NCBI GenBank assembly: GCA_021432655.1
Contig: MU271637.1
Location: 1-36,751, forward strand
Source: Atractiella rhizophila
Lineage: Eukaryota
Length of the DNA stretch: 36,751 bases
Reading direction: 5' to 3'
A program made the position numbers and the translations under genes. The notes below the pieces were generated by a model, which ran no database searches, was not told the origin of the DNA, and worked only from the letters and a program-made list of their open reading frames with translations. Positions 22,130 through 33,660 of the stretch are shown piece after piece. How positions within the stretch are numbered: position 1 is the stretch's first letter; every line of letters starts with the position of its first letter.

Positions 22130-23534
22130 TCACTCCAACTGAATTCCGACCTCACCGAAGCACAAGGAATACCTCTCTCCAATCTCTGTCCCTCTGATGG
22201 CTTTCCTCGCGTTAGGTCCAATGGCAACCGTCTCCAGATTACCCCAGCCTCCTTCCCGCTTTTGTTTTAACAGCGACTCCAGAATATGACTCCAAACGTC
22301 CGACGGCTGAAGTGGGCATGATTTCGAGAGGAGATGACTGTAGAGCACCTCAAGGCCTTTACGATGCCACTCGTCACCTTGAGCATGGAGGGGTAAGCCG
22401 TCGATATGAAGAAATCTGATCCCGGCAGATGAAAAAGAACAAAGGAGTTCATCGAGAGGCAAGGCTGACTCTCCGCTACCCTCCTCCACCACCTCTAAAC
22501 TCAAACGTGGTATCTGATTTCGAAAGGAAATAGGCGTGCCGTGACGGGTCCCGGTGATGATCGCGGAGTGGAAGGACAGAGATTGCAACGGCCTGAAACA
22601 ATCGAGCAAAACGTCTATATCTCGAACATCCAATTCGTAAGGGATTATAAAACGTCCCCGGTTCCAGCCTTCGACTTTCAAATGTTTTGAAACACTTTGG
22701 CCCTCTGCTAGATCGCCGTTTAGTCTGATGTTGTTGCAGCGAAAGGTAATGGTCTCGAGGTTTGTAGGAAAGGGTTGCTGAAATGGAAGGAGAAGGTACT
22801 CTGCAACCAAAGTAATCGACGTTAAACATACCTCCGAGGGCAATGAGCATAAAGAGTATCTGAAGCAATCATAAGCGTCTGGTTCTCTTAAATTTCTGTC
22901 ATATTTTTCAGGATGGTGGATGAGAGACAATTCTAGACCGGACTTTTGTTCTAAGTGGAGGAAAAGCGTCGGCAATGCATCGCTCAACAATTCAATATCG
23001 TTGGCGTCATAATAGGCGTGGGAAGATTCGTGAAACGAGATGATGACGGACTCCACTCTGTTGTCTGGTGAAGAGAAAACACGGGTGATGTGAACTTGCT
23101 GCTTCGCAGAAGCTGAGCAATTCTTCTTTGTCAAGAGTAAAGCGGACCCAATTAAACTGCCAAGGACGAAACCTGATTATGAATTGTCCTAGATGTTCGA
23201 CAGCCAGGACAATACGGACGGATCGCGCCAATTTGAGGTATTCAGAAGGAATTGTGTCAACTTCGCGAGGAAAAATTGACGTCTCCCAATCCTCGAAAGA
23301 AGCGGTCGAGATTCGAAATTCGCGGAAGATGAATGGTATCGCAAGCTCCCGCAAGGACTTGGAGACGCAACTGAGAGATAAAAGAGTTGCCAGAGGATAA
23401 CATGGATCGATATCCCGAACCAATTCGATGATGCAAAGTTGCAGGTCCAGTGGCAGCTTGTTGAAAAGAAACGGAGTGCTGATTTCTTCAGAAGAGACCT
23501 CCGATTCCGTTTCTGACCCTGTGTCGCTCCCCAT
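22130..23534 (-). pseudogene. F-box protein paralog of 20230-21645, split by one frameshift at ~23095
   Basis: ORF 23007-23534 matches the paralog N-terminus (ETESEVSS-EEISTPFLFNKLPLDLQLCIIE...LLSLSCVSKSLREL). ORF 22130-23134 matches its C-terminus (RVFSSPDNRVESV...SDVWSHILESLLKQKREGGWGNL...GTEIGERYSLCF). The frames switch at gcagcaagttcacatc, with no room for an intron. Confidence 0.8.
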
Positions 23535-23691
23535 TTGGCACCTAGAATAACGTGAGAATCATACGCACACAACACAAAAGATGCTTCATACAATCGCACA
23601 ATTCTTCTTTGCGACGACGTTATCAGCTTCTTAACCCACTATAGTGGTCTACTTTGCAAAGGTTTGTTTTGTTTGTCGCTGTAATAGAAAC

Positions 23692-23699
23692 CACGTGAC
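23692..23699. promoter_or_regulatory. Conserved E-box (CACGTGAC) in the divergent F-box copy 2 / clr2 intergenic region
   Basis: Same 12-mer context as at 21792. Confidence 0.5.
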
Positions 23700-23795
23700 A
23701 TTGTTTTCCATCTTCAGTTAACGATTGAGCAGTCAGTACCAGTCAGTTCTGAATAATCTGAATTCCGAACAACCACGACAGCAAGGGAAGCGAAG

Positions 23796-26700
23796 ATGTT
23801 CGGCCCGAGTCCCCTGCAGCTCTTGTGAGTCCCTTGTTTTCATTTAAGCTTAGCTGAAAGCAGAGTAAAAGTGCGAGCGCCAAAAAGTCGTTGCTCGCTC
23901 CATCTTCTCCGTCCAAGAGCAACGCGACTGACGCTGTCGACGCGATGGAGGTCGACCTTCCCGCGCAGAAACACACAGATAGTGCTCCTGATTCATTTAC
24001 TCAGAACGAATCAGAGGCAGTCGAACGGACCCGGGGCAACACTTCCAGTGCTCCAGTTGTCACAATGGCAGACCTTGAAAATGCGAACTTCGAATTCGAC
24101 CCTGATTATGTAGCTCCTTCTGTTTCTGCTCCAGGGCACGAGCACCCAGAAGGCATTTCAGAAGAAAATGGGAAATCTTCTGTTGCTAGAGACGAGGAGC
24201 ACGCACGCAAGGACCTTGAAGAAGAAATGGCTTTCGTCTCAGAAGCAGTTGATAACTCTCTATCAATCCCACCGTCAACTTCGACACACGACGAAGTGAG
24301 CGACACAGCGTATTCGTTTGACGCATCTGCCGTCCCTCCGCTGCTTACGATCCTTCGAAGTGATGGTACATCTTTACCCCCGGCGACAGTAGGCATCACG
24401 CGATACGATTTGGTTAGAGAGGATGATCAGAAGAATGAATCGTGGAGGGCGAAGTTAGGTCGAGTCGTGGGACCAGCTTTAGGCCTTGGTGAGCTTATCC
24501 CATTATGCCCGAAATATCCCATTTGATGCGTTTCTGCTATCCCGCCCGAAGAGGGCGACTTCTGGGTCCTCTCCTCCCTTCCAACAGGATACGGACTTTA
24601 TTTGGCCTCGCGCCCCGATAGCAGTGCAAAACGGAACGACACGTATCTGGTCGGTATGTTCCTCCACTCTCACCCCTTTGTCCAAGTCTGGCGCACTCTT
24701 GCCTCTCGTCTTCTCTCAACTTCAAACGGAGGGACTGACTCATATTTCATTCGTAGGGCATCCTTCAGGACACAAATACCGCTCTCCCAACGAATTTGCT
24801 CCTCATGCCATCTGGCTGGCCAGAGGAGATCAGTCCGTCGCTTGCGGATGCGGCGGCTGTCGAGGGAAGGGGAGGGTAAGGAAGTCTGAGTCTGGGAATC
24901 AACTTGGTGGGAGGAGAGCTTCGGTTTCCTCGAGCGCTCATACGACCGCGAGATCGGCGCTTCAAGGCCGTGCGGCGGACGGGAGTGTGGATGGAGATGA
25001 GGATGAGGATGTGGACTCACCTAGAGTCGGAAGCAGAATCATCAAACCCCTTCCGTCTCGAGTTCGACCTATCGATCCTCGTTCTGGGCGCGAGGCACAT
25101 CCTCCTCTGCCCAATTCCTCCACCATCCCTTCCGCCCCGATTCCCAGAGCCAAAATTGTCCCGTTCTCAGTCGTAATCCCAAGGCCGAAGAAAGTTTATC
25201 TCCCCATCACGCTGATAGACATCGACAGCGCCGCTACCACACCCTCTACCTCTCCTGAACCTGAACCTGGGAACGACAGACCGAAGAAGGATGGCATTCG
25301 AGCTTTCGTGTCACCTGAGAAGAGGAAGGAGCAGTTCGTTACTTGTAGAGCTGGCGAGCTGGTCTGGACGAGGTTGTACATGAAGGGGAAAGAGGGGGAA
25401 AGGGAGGACGGAGGAGAAGAAGGTGGATTAAATTGGCCGTGCGTTGTGTTGGAGAGAAAGGTGAAACCAGCCTCACGACTGGTTGGAGAGGATGAAGAAA
25501 TGAACAATTGGGAGAGGAGCATCGAAACGTATGAGAGGTGGATGTTGAAAGTGCGGTTGTTGGGGAGTCAAGACGAGATGCTCTTGTATGAGGATGCGGG
25601 ACGAGTGAAACCGTTCTTTTTTGAGCCTTTCCCTGCTTACGAGGAACCGGACGAGGACAAACCGCCGGATAGTCTACGCTATATCTTCGATAACGAGGCG
25701 GTTAGACCATGGCTCAAAACTTTGATGAATGAAGGAAAGGAGGGAGAAAGGGGGTGGAAAAGTTTATATACCCATGCGATACAGATCGCTAGTCACCTCG
25801 TTGATTATTTTGGAGGAATTGAGATGTACACTTATCAGGATTTCCCAGGAAAGGGTTATAAATTGCTGGATGGTGTCGAAGACAGTGAGAGAAGTGAGGA
25901 GGATAGGAAGAGATATGAAAGTAGGAGGAGGAAGGAAATCAAGGAGATGAAGAGCTGGGATTTTTATCAGGGAATTTGGTGTGGACCAGAGAAGATTTGG
26001 TGTGGCGATCTCGTGCGGCTCAAAAAGATGGAGAACGTCGAAATCGGAAAGCTAGGAGAGGGAGAGGAGGAGGAAGAATTAACATTCCTGCATCTCGAAT
26101 CATTCTACGTCAAGAAGGACAAGACGCCATGGATATCAGGTATTAGTTATGCGCTCCGACCTATAGATCTTCCCGTCGTTCCCTCTCTAGAAGTAGACCA
26201 TCCGGATGTCGATTCAGGTGTCAAAACATCAACGCCTCTTCCTTCTCCTCCCCCAGGGAAGAAATGGCATCGTCTGACTTCGATACATCAGCAAGATTTC
26301 TATTTACTCGACCGTATCGCAGGCAGATACTACCCACTGGCTGTACCACCAGACGACGCAGAAAAATCAAGTGAAAGGATGCTAGCGTTGGCTGGCCTGC
26401 AGACGAAGGAAGAGGTTGCGTGTCAGCTGAAGGTCTGGGCGAGGGGAAGGAAGAGGATGTTGGAGAGGTCAGAGGAGGATTCAGAGAACGAGGCAAGGGG
26501 CTATTGGGAGGTTCGTCCGTCCTTTTCTTCTAGCCTCGTCCATAACCAATTGCACAGGAACGCATGGAGCATGGTCACGAGGGTCCCCTCAGGCGTCCCG
26601 CGGTACTTCTGAATACGATCTCGGAGGACCGTCTACCAACACCAAGAGAGACTATCACAATGATACACAACCCAGCACTCGACAAATCTAGCCCTAAGCG

Positions 26701-26947
26701 AGATACGATCCCCTTGCCCCCAGCCCCATTTTTCTCTTCAGCTTCAAAATCCGATGTTGTCAACTTCACCCCGCCCGAGCCGCCACCAGAGACAAACACC
26801 GCTGATATGCTGGTAGATACAACGGAGACAGCTATGTCAGCTCACGGAACGGAGAGGGTTGGAGAGGTGAATGTGCAGAGCCAATTAGCGGTACAAGCCG
26901 TCATCCAGGCCGAGCCAGCAACCAACAGCGAGAGTTCAGCGCCGTGA
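23796..26947 (+). CDS. clr2: Cryptic loci regulator 2 (Clr2)-like transcriptional silencing protein
   Basis: Removing introns 24489-24551 and 24654-24756 gives RSDG...WRAKLG...FWVLSSLPTGYGLY...RNDTYLVGHPSGHKYRSPNEFAPHAIWLA...CGCGGC, the Clr2 N-terminal signature. Later RAGELVW and FYQGIWCGPEKIWCGDLVRL...IAGRYY match the Clr2 C-terminal region. Last intron 26511-26558. The start codon is uncertain (23796 via an intron, or 23944). Confidence 0.85.
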
Positions 26948-27847
26948 GCACTTCCCAGAGATCTGGTTCGTACCTGCTTTGGCTATCGACTTGAACCTGT
27001 TACAACAGAAGTGTACAATTTTCTATCTCGTTATGCAATTGCTTGACCGTAATTGAACAATAGTTCTAGCTACAGTTTGATACAAGCAAATTCACGACTT
27101 CAGCTTGTCTGAGTTGAAAACCGTTGTCAATTGATCCTGGACAATTAGGTTCAACCACTATGATATTGATTGATGTTGAACCTTGAAAGCTTAGCCCTGG
27201 AACATGTCCTGTCCTGTGTGAGGTTTGCATGGCCGTGATATTCACGGTATACGGCTTTCCGCCCGAGAGCTAAGAGGACGTAGACGCGCGGGAGCGACAA
27301 GCGCGGTGACTCAAATTATGACGTTTATCACTGCTTTGGTTGACTAAGCTGGGTCAAGCTAAGCAAGAGGAGACTCATCCGAAAGATTTGGAAATCAATG
27401 AAGTACTGCACCACTTCTGTTCGCAATAGATTACCAAAGCATCGTTTTCCGCGCACAGTACTGCAATATTCCTGGAGAAGCACAGCTTCGGCCATCATTG
27501 TCTGGCACAAAGCGTGAAGTACTGATCGAGTCAGGATCCTCTGTCCTCAGTGTTTGATCCTCCCGCCTCACCTTACATTTCCGACAGCCTGTCGGAGTCT
27601 TTCCCGTGCTCGTTCTTTCCGCTGACCGTGACAACCGCGGTAAGAAATTGTGCCGATAATTCACTTAGCAGACAGCTTATACAGATATGACTGTAACATC
27701 GGAGCGGGAAGGAAAAGGGCGAGCAGGAGTGCTCCCCGAGCTCGAACACTTGGGCACTTGGGAGCTGGCGTACTTAAGGTGAGCGCAGAGCGAGCGTTCG
27801 TTCTTTAAATTTGCACTGACATCGTTAAAGAAACTAGACCACTTGCG

Positions 27848-30377
27848 ATGAAAGACATCTTCAGAGACTCGACGTTTGGGGATTACGCCCGATTCTTCAC
27901 AAGGAATCGAACGTTCCTCTATCCAGAGGAGAAAGCAGAGTTCGTTGTGCCCACGCGTTACCTTTTGCGTCACGCCGGCACAGATGGCGACTCACTACGA
28001 ACTGTGGTTGATACCCCGAAGAAGGAGAGTCTTCAAGGCGAGGAGGCAAATGTTGGAATAGAAACCGCCCCTTTGGAGCGAGGAAAGAAGGACCTGGAGA
28101 GAGAGGATACGAAGGTCGCAGAAGAAGTAGGGGAGAAGAAGAAGGTGGACGACCTTGAGAAACAGGAGGAACCATCGAAAGATATCGTGTCAACCCCAGA
28201 TCCATTCCTGGTGGACTGGTACGATGAAAACGATCAAGAGAACCCTCAGAACTGGTCCTTCGCAAAAAAATGCGTTGTCACTTCCGCGATCATGATCCTG
28301 ACCTTCTCGGGTGAGTCTCCTTCTCTTTGTCCTCCGACAGAACATAATGTACTCATATTAATCTGGATCCCGTGATCTTCCTCAGTTTACATTGGTAGCG
28401 CTATCTAGTGGGTCTTTTGGTCGCAGCGAATGTCGAGATGAGTATACTCACGGCATCCTCAAGCTCCCCCTCGATTCCGGGTGTGATGGAGAGGTTCCAT
28501 GTGAGCTACGTGCGAGGTGTCTTAGGTCTCTCTCTCTTCGTCATCGGATATGGGATCGGTATGTATCTAGGAATCGTTAATCGATGCACCGCTGATATTT
28601 TGTGTCCAAGGGCCATTGTTTCTTTCCCCGTTATCAGAAATCCCAGCCATTGGTCTGCCGCATTCTCAGCGGCTCATGTCTAGGTCTGACAATTAGATAC
28701 GTAGGCCGGAATCCTCCCTACATTTACACCCTCCTTCTTTTCGTCATCTTTCAAATTCCTACTTTTACGACCAGCAACTACGAGACCTTGATGACATTCC
28801 GTTTCTTGACTGGTTTTGTTGGGTCACCAGCTTTAGCTACTGGTGGGGCTTCAATGGCAGACATTTGGCCCGGAATCAAGTTGCCATACGTAATTGCCTT
28901 GTGCGTGATTACTCCCCGTACGCTTACGGCTTCACTGACAGAGCTGCGAGATAGATGGGCTGTAGGAGCTGTCAGTTCTCTGCTTCTTCTGTTTCCCAGT
29001 ATTGACGCGCAAACTAGGTCTTGGGACCTGTTCTGGGTAGGCTAACTGCTCATGCTTTCTTGGATCTGATCGAAAACTAGGGCCCGTTGTTGGCGGTTTT
29101 GCTGCACAAAATAATGGCTACAAATGGCCGCTCTATGAGGTCTGCTTTCTGTCACGTTAGAGAGTGCTTGTTGACTGAAACAACGCACAGTTGATTTGGA
29201 TTTGCGGGTTTAGCTGCATCTTATTGATTTTTATTCTCCCGGAGACATACGCACCCAAGATTCTGCTGAAGCGGGCACAGCGCTTGCGCAAACTGACTGG
29301 AAACAACAAGCTCAGGAGTCAGAGCGAGATCGATCAAGCTAACTTAACTCTCGGAGAGATTGCTTCAGAGGCATTGCTCAAGCCATTCCAGTTGATGACG
29401 GAACCTGCCGTGCTATTTATCAACGTTTACTTAGGTTCGTTTTGTCCTTGTCCAATCAATATGGCTAATGTCAATGCAGGTCTCACTTATTCCATTTTCT
29501 ATCTGTAATTCGTCTCGAACTTATTTTCGATGAAAATTACTTACATGATGAGTCTAGGTGGTTCGAAGCCTTCCCTATTGTTTTCGGCGAAATCTATCAC
29601 TTCAACCTTGGAGAACAAGGACTGCCTTTCGTGGGATTCGCCATCACCTGCATGTTGTCGTTCGCAGTTTACGCCGCCGCCCAGAAGTATATTTACGAGC
29701 CCCGCTTTATGCGCAATGGGACCATTATCCCTGAGGAGCGACTAGAAGTAGGCCTAGTGTGTTGCTTTTTCATCCCAGTCAGCTTATTCTTCTACGGTAT
29801 GCGTACATTTCTAGCCTCGGACTACGATTAATTATTGCTTTCAGGTTGGAGTTCAAGAGAGTCTGTGCACTGGATTGCTCCCATCATCGCGGCAGCACTA
29901 TACATGCGTAAGTTGCCGCCACTTATCCCTTTCTACCATTATCTCATATTGGCTTTAGCTGGAATCTTCCTCATGTTCCAGGTTTGCCTGATATACCTAC
30001 CAATGAGTTACCCACGGTATCAGGCGAGTGTGTTAGGTAGGATTTGTTCGTCAGCTCCAGACGTTTACTAAAATCATTTGCTTTCAGCGGGAAACGATTT
30101 CTTCCGCTCTTGCATGGCTGGGTTTGTTCCCTCGCTCACCTGCATACGAAACAACTCATGCTTGACTCAGCTGTTTCCCTCTCTTCGGAAGAGCTCTCTT
30201 TAAGAATTTGGGAGTTGGTCCAGGCTGTAGTTTGCTTGCTGGATTGGAGATTGGACTCATTCCCGTGCTCTACGTGAGTCTGTTCTGATTCTATTCGCCA
30301 TGCTAAATGGAAGCCAGTTATTCTACTTCAAAGGAGCACAGTTCCGCTCTTGGTCAAAGTACGCCCAGTCCAGCTAG
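27848..30377 (+). CDS. MFS drug:H+ antiporter, DHA1 family (Caf5/Flr1/Mdr1-like), about 16 exons
   Basis: MKDIFRDSTFG...YPEEK N-terminus; VDWYDENDQENPQNWSFAKK; SVYIGSAIYSPSI; GYGIGPLFLSPLSEIPAIGRNPPYI; FRFLTGFVGSPALATGGASMADIW; LGPVLGPVVGGF; LPETY; PEERL; YPRYQASVLAGNDFFRS; ends RSWSKYAQSS* at 30375-30377. Confidence 0.95.
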
Positions 30378-31191
30378 GATGGTGGCAACATAGATACGCG
30401 CTGTAACGAAGCGAAAATCCAAAAGTTCCAAACTTACCCTCAATTAGCGATAGATCCCATAGATGGACGGATACAAGGAGAAATGTTCGATTATTGCCTA
30501 CTACTACTACATTGAAATATTAACTCTCACAATCAAACATTAAATGCAATCGTCTGCCATAGGTTTCATTGTGTTCAATATCACAGCAACGTGGCAAGAT
30601 CCGAACGAAAAACCAATCCTCGATTTGAGGCATGAGGACGCAACAATTTGAAGACAGAATCAAGCATATCAAGCACCTCACCTTGTTCATACACTACTAA
30701 AACGAAACGACGAACTTTCACTAATCAAAGGAAATAAAGGAGTGATGTCGAAACAAGGCTGCCTCAAGGATATGCAATCTACGCTCGTCTCATAGTATCC
30801 TCATCCTGCAGAATCACGAGAGGCGATCACACACTAGCATGTTTAACCTTTGATGTCACATCATCAACTTGCTTCATGCAGGCCACCTCTGACCACACTT
30901 CATGCTGAAAGCCCAAACTGAGGACTAGGGAGTTGTTCTGTTCGAAAGACCCGTTAATTCACATATCGATGAAGTGGACGATCGAACAGCTAGTTTACAA
31001 GGTGGCTACAACAACAATGCGGCGTCAGAGATGAAACTGAATGCTGCCTCGAAAGGCCCTAGAAATATCAAAAGTTGAAGGGCAGAAATGTGATGTCTAC
31101 GATGTACTGCGCAGGAGTGTGATATTGTCCAAATATGACATGAAGAAATGCTGGGATAACTCCACCAAGAAGCAGATCCCGCTGTTGAACG

Positions 31192-33660
31192 TTAGTAAGT
31201 CTGCTTTGAGTGTGAGATTGATCCTAGAGTAAGAGAGAAATCTGCAATCGTAGGAGACGGTGGTGTTGGATTTACTCTTTCGCTGGAGCCAAGGCAAAGT
31301 GTTGCATCAGTCGAGGGGAGGAAAGCCGAAAATCGATCAGCAACCTGTGGTCTCAACCATAAATATTAGCCAAAAAAGAAAGTCAAATTTACTTCAACCC
31401 TCTCATGTTCTTCCTCATACTCCTGAATGTTGGTCGTTCGTTCAAAGGCAGAAAAAGACAGGTGCTTCCAAATCGCTATTGTGCTAGCTGGCCGTCAAAT
31501 CAAGCAATAAACACAATGGACAAGACTGACCGTTGCAACATGGAACTGTGCTGAGGGAACTTCCGTTCCCAGTGTACAAGATACTTCCATGATTTGGGTA
31601 AAAGTCTAAAGGACCGGATCAGGATCATGTACCCGCGAATGGGACTCTGAAAGATGCTTTGAGATGGCTCAAGGACTTGGTATAGGTCGACAACAAAGGT
31701 CCAAAGCTCGAGCGAGAGCTTGATCTGTACATCTCCTGCTTGCTGTAAAGTGGCGCAAAGTTCCTGCAGCCTTAAATTAGCTGGAAAAAGCTCGCAAAGC
31801 TCGATGGCGAGCCCCCATGTCAGGAACAGGACGGTGGACTCTTCGACTTGGAGGACTTTTGTAATGTTCAGTGCTTCTTCTCCTCCAGGTCCAACGTAGT
31901 AAGGTGGAATAGATGTTCCACTTCGAGGAGAAGGAGCTGAGGGACGGAAATTTTGCTCGCGCATAGTGCGATATCTGGCCATAAGGTTGACGAGCTGAGA
32001 GATGGCATTCTCTGCCATTGAAGCTGAGGTTTTGAACTGATTGAAGGTTTTGGCCGTAAATCTTTCCCCTACAAAAGCTGTCACGCTGTGCTCACAGAAG
32101 TGTGAGAAAACTCACGAACAATGGCAAAGTGCCGCCTCATACAAATCAGAAACTTCCAGTAAGACTCACAATCCCCTAGAACTGAAGGCTGGTCGGAGGA
32201 TTGGATTCGGAAGAAGTATTCTGGGTCGATGTAAATTTCTGCGCTCGGGTCCACTGAGCGAAGGAAGGAACGTAGGTCGTGGTCAGTGCTACTCACCTGA
32301 TCAGTGCGAGTGGTTCATGGAAAAAACAGCCGCGCACAACTTTGGAAGTCCTGGTCCTTCGCTATGTAGCTTCCCGTCTGCTACCTGTGTAAACCTGAGC
32401 GTGAAGCAGGCGGTTATCAGAGGCATACATAAAGCGGCACGAAGAATTTATCGATAAATTGCCGCCTATCATGCCGATCCTCGATTTGTGAAAGTAATTT
32501 TCGAAAGTGACCAACGCCCAATTCAAGTAGCGATAAAGTTAGATCGGTGGAGCGGAAGTTATTGAAGATTCCAAGTATTGCGTTCGTGATGCTGAGGCTT
32601 TGTTGGGATGGAGTTTGAAGGACCGAAACGGCTAATGAAAGGGTTTTGATAGCAAGTGCCCATCGAGCTCCAGACCGTGCTTCGCCGCAAGTTCTGTAGT
32701 CACCTAGCTCATTGTTCAATGATTGACGTGGTTGCTCTAAGAGTGCCGCTCGACCCAATATTCCCTGTTAACCATTAAGTTTACACGTTTGCGGTAATCC
32801 AGCCTGGTCTCACCGAGTGCCAGGATTCTGATGTCCCCATCGAAAGAAGTAGGGTAATCCACAGCTGTCCAAAGGTGATGAGTGGTGCTGTAGATAGAAC
32901 GATGCTGGACTCGCCTCTGAAAACTCGCCCAACCCAGCTTTGTTTTCTTTGAGAATGTTAAATGAAGCCCACCCTGTGGGAAAGTCCAAACCCGTAACCT
33001 TTTTAAGATTAACGAGAAAATCCGGCGTTAAAGCCACTATCACCAGCTTCTTGAGTGATTGCTTGCACTTGGGAATGATAGGGTGCGAACACTTGATTAA
33101 ATGATTTCCCAGTGATGATTGTAACTGAAAAGCTCCGAGTTTGAAACTGACCGACTTGTGCCCCACGTTCTGAGATCGAAATATACTGTCCGAAATCCAA
33201 TCTTGAGGGTATATGCTACCTAGCTTTTTCGTTTCGGAACGAATGGTCCTGACAGTGGGCTCGTCAGGTGCACCCATCGGATAACGCTTCTCTCACAGTT
33301 CTTGGAACCCATTTCGCTGTAAAACTCTCAAATGGGAAGCTTTCTTTTTTGTTCTTTTCCTGTCGCCCTCATCAAGCTGAGTGATGTCTCGAAGCAACTG
33401 ATTGGAAGAAGTGTAGCCCGCTCGATTTTGCAACTCGTCGATGTCCCACCTGCACAACTCGATGAGCGTTAAAAAGCCTAAGTTAAAAATAGGGATGTTG
33501 TAGCAGACCTTTTGGAATTTTTCATCTTTAGTTGCACCCGATGCGACGACTCGCAAGGAATATCGAGAGCCATGCACCGATCGCAACTTGGTTTGACGTG
33601 AGCGCGAAGACATGCTGTTCCAGCCTTCTGGCACGCAGCACAACGGAACGCGGTTGACAT
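31192..33660 (-). CDS. Zn(II)2Cys6 (Gal4-type binuclear zinc cluster) transcription factor, multi-exon
   Basis: The N-terminus MSTAFRCAACQKAGTACLRAHVKPSCDRCMALDIPC fits C-x2-C-x6-C-x8-C-x2-C-x6-C exactly. Downstream minus-strand ORFs (33293-33450, 32810-33277, 32417-32758, 32081-32296, 31500-32084) are flanked by GT-AG sites. Internal exon structure and the 3' end (TAA at 31192-31194) are less certain. Confidence 0.8.

Noticed and set aside
1..33660. Detoxification or secondary-metabolite gene cluster (monooxygenase, GNAT, ADH, MFS pump, Zn2Cys6 factor)
   Set aside because: The genes are spread over 33 kb and interleaved with vps17, clr2, F-box and orphan genes. There is no PKS, NRPS or terpene backbone enzyme, and all are large, common fungal families.
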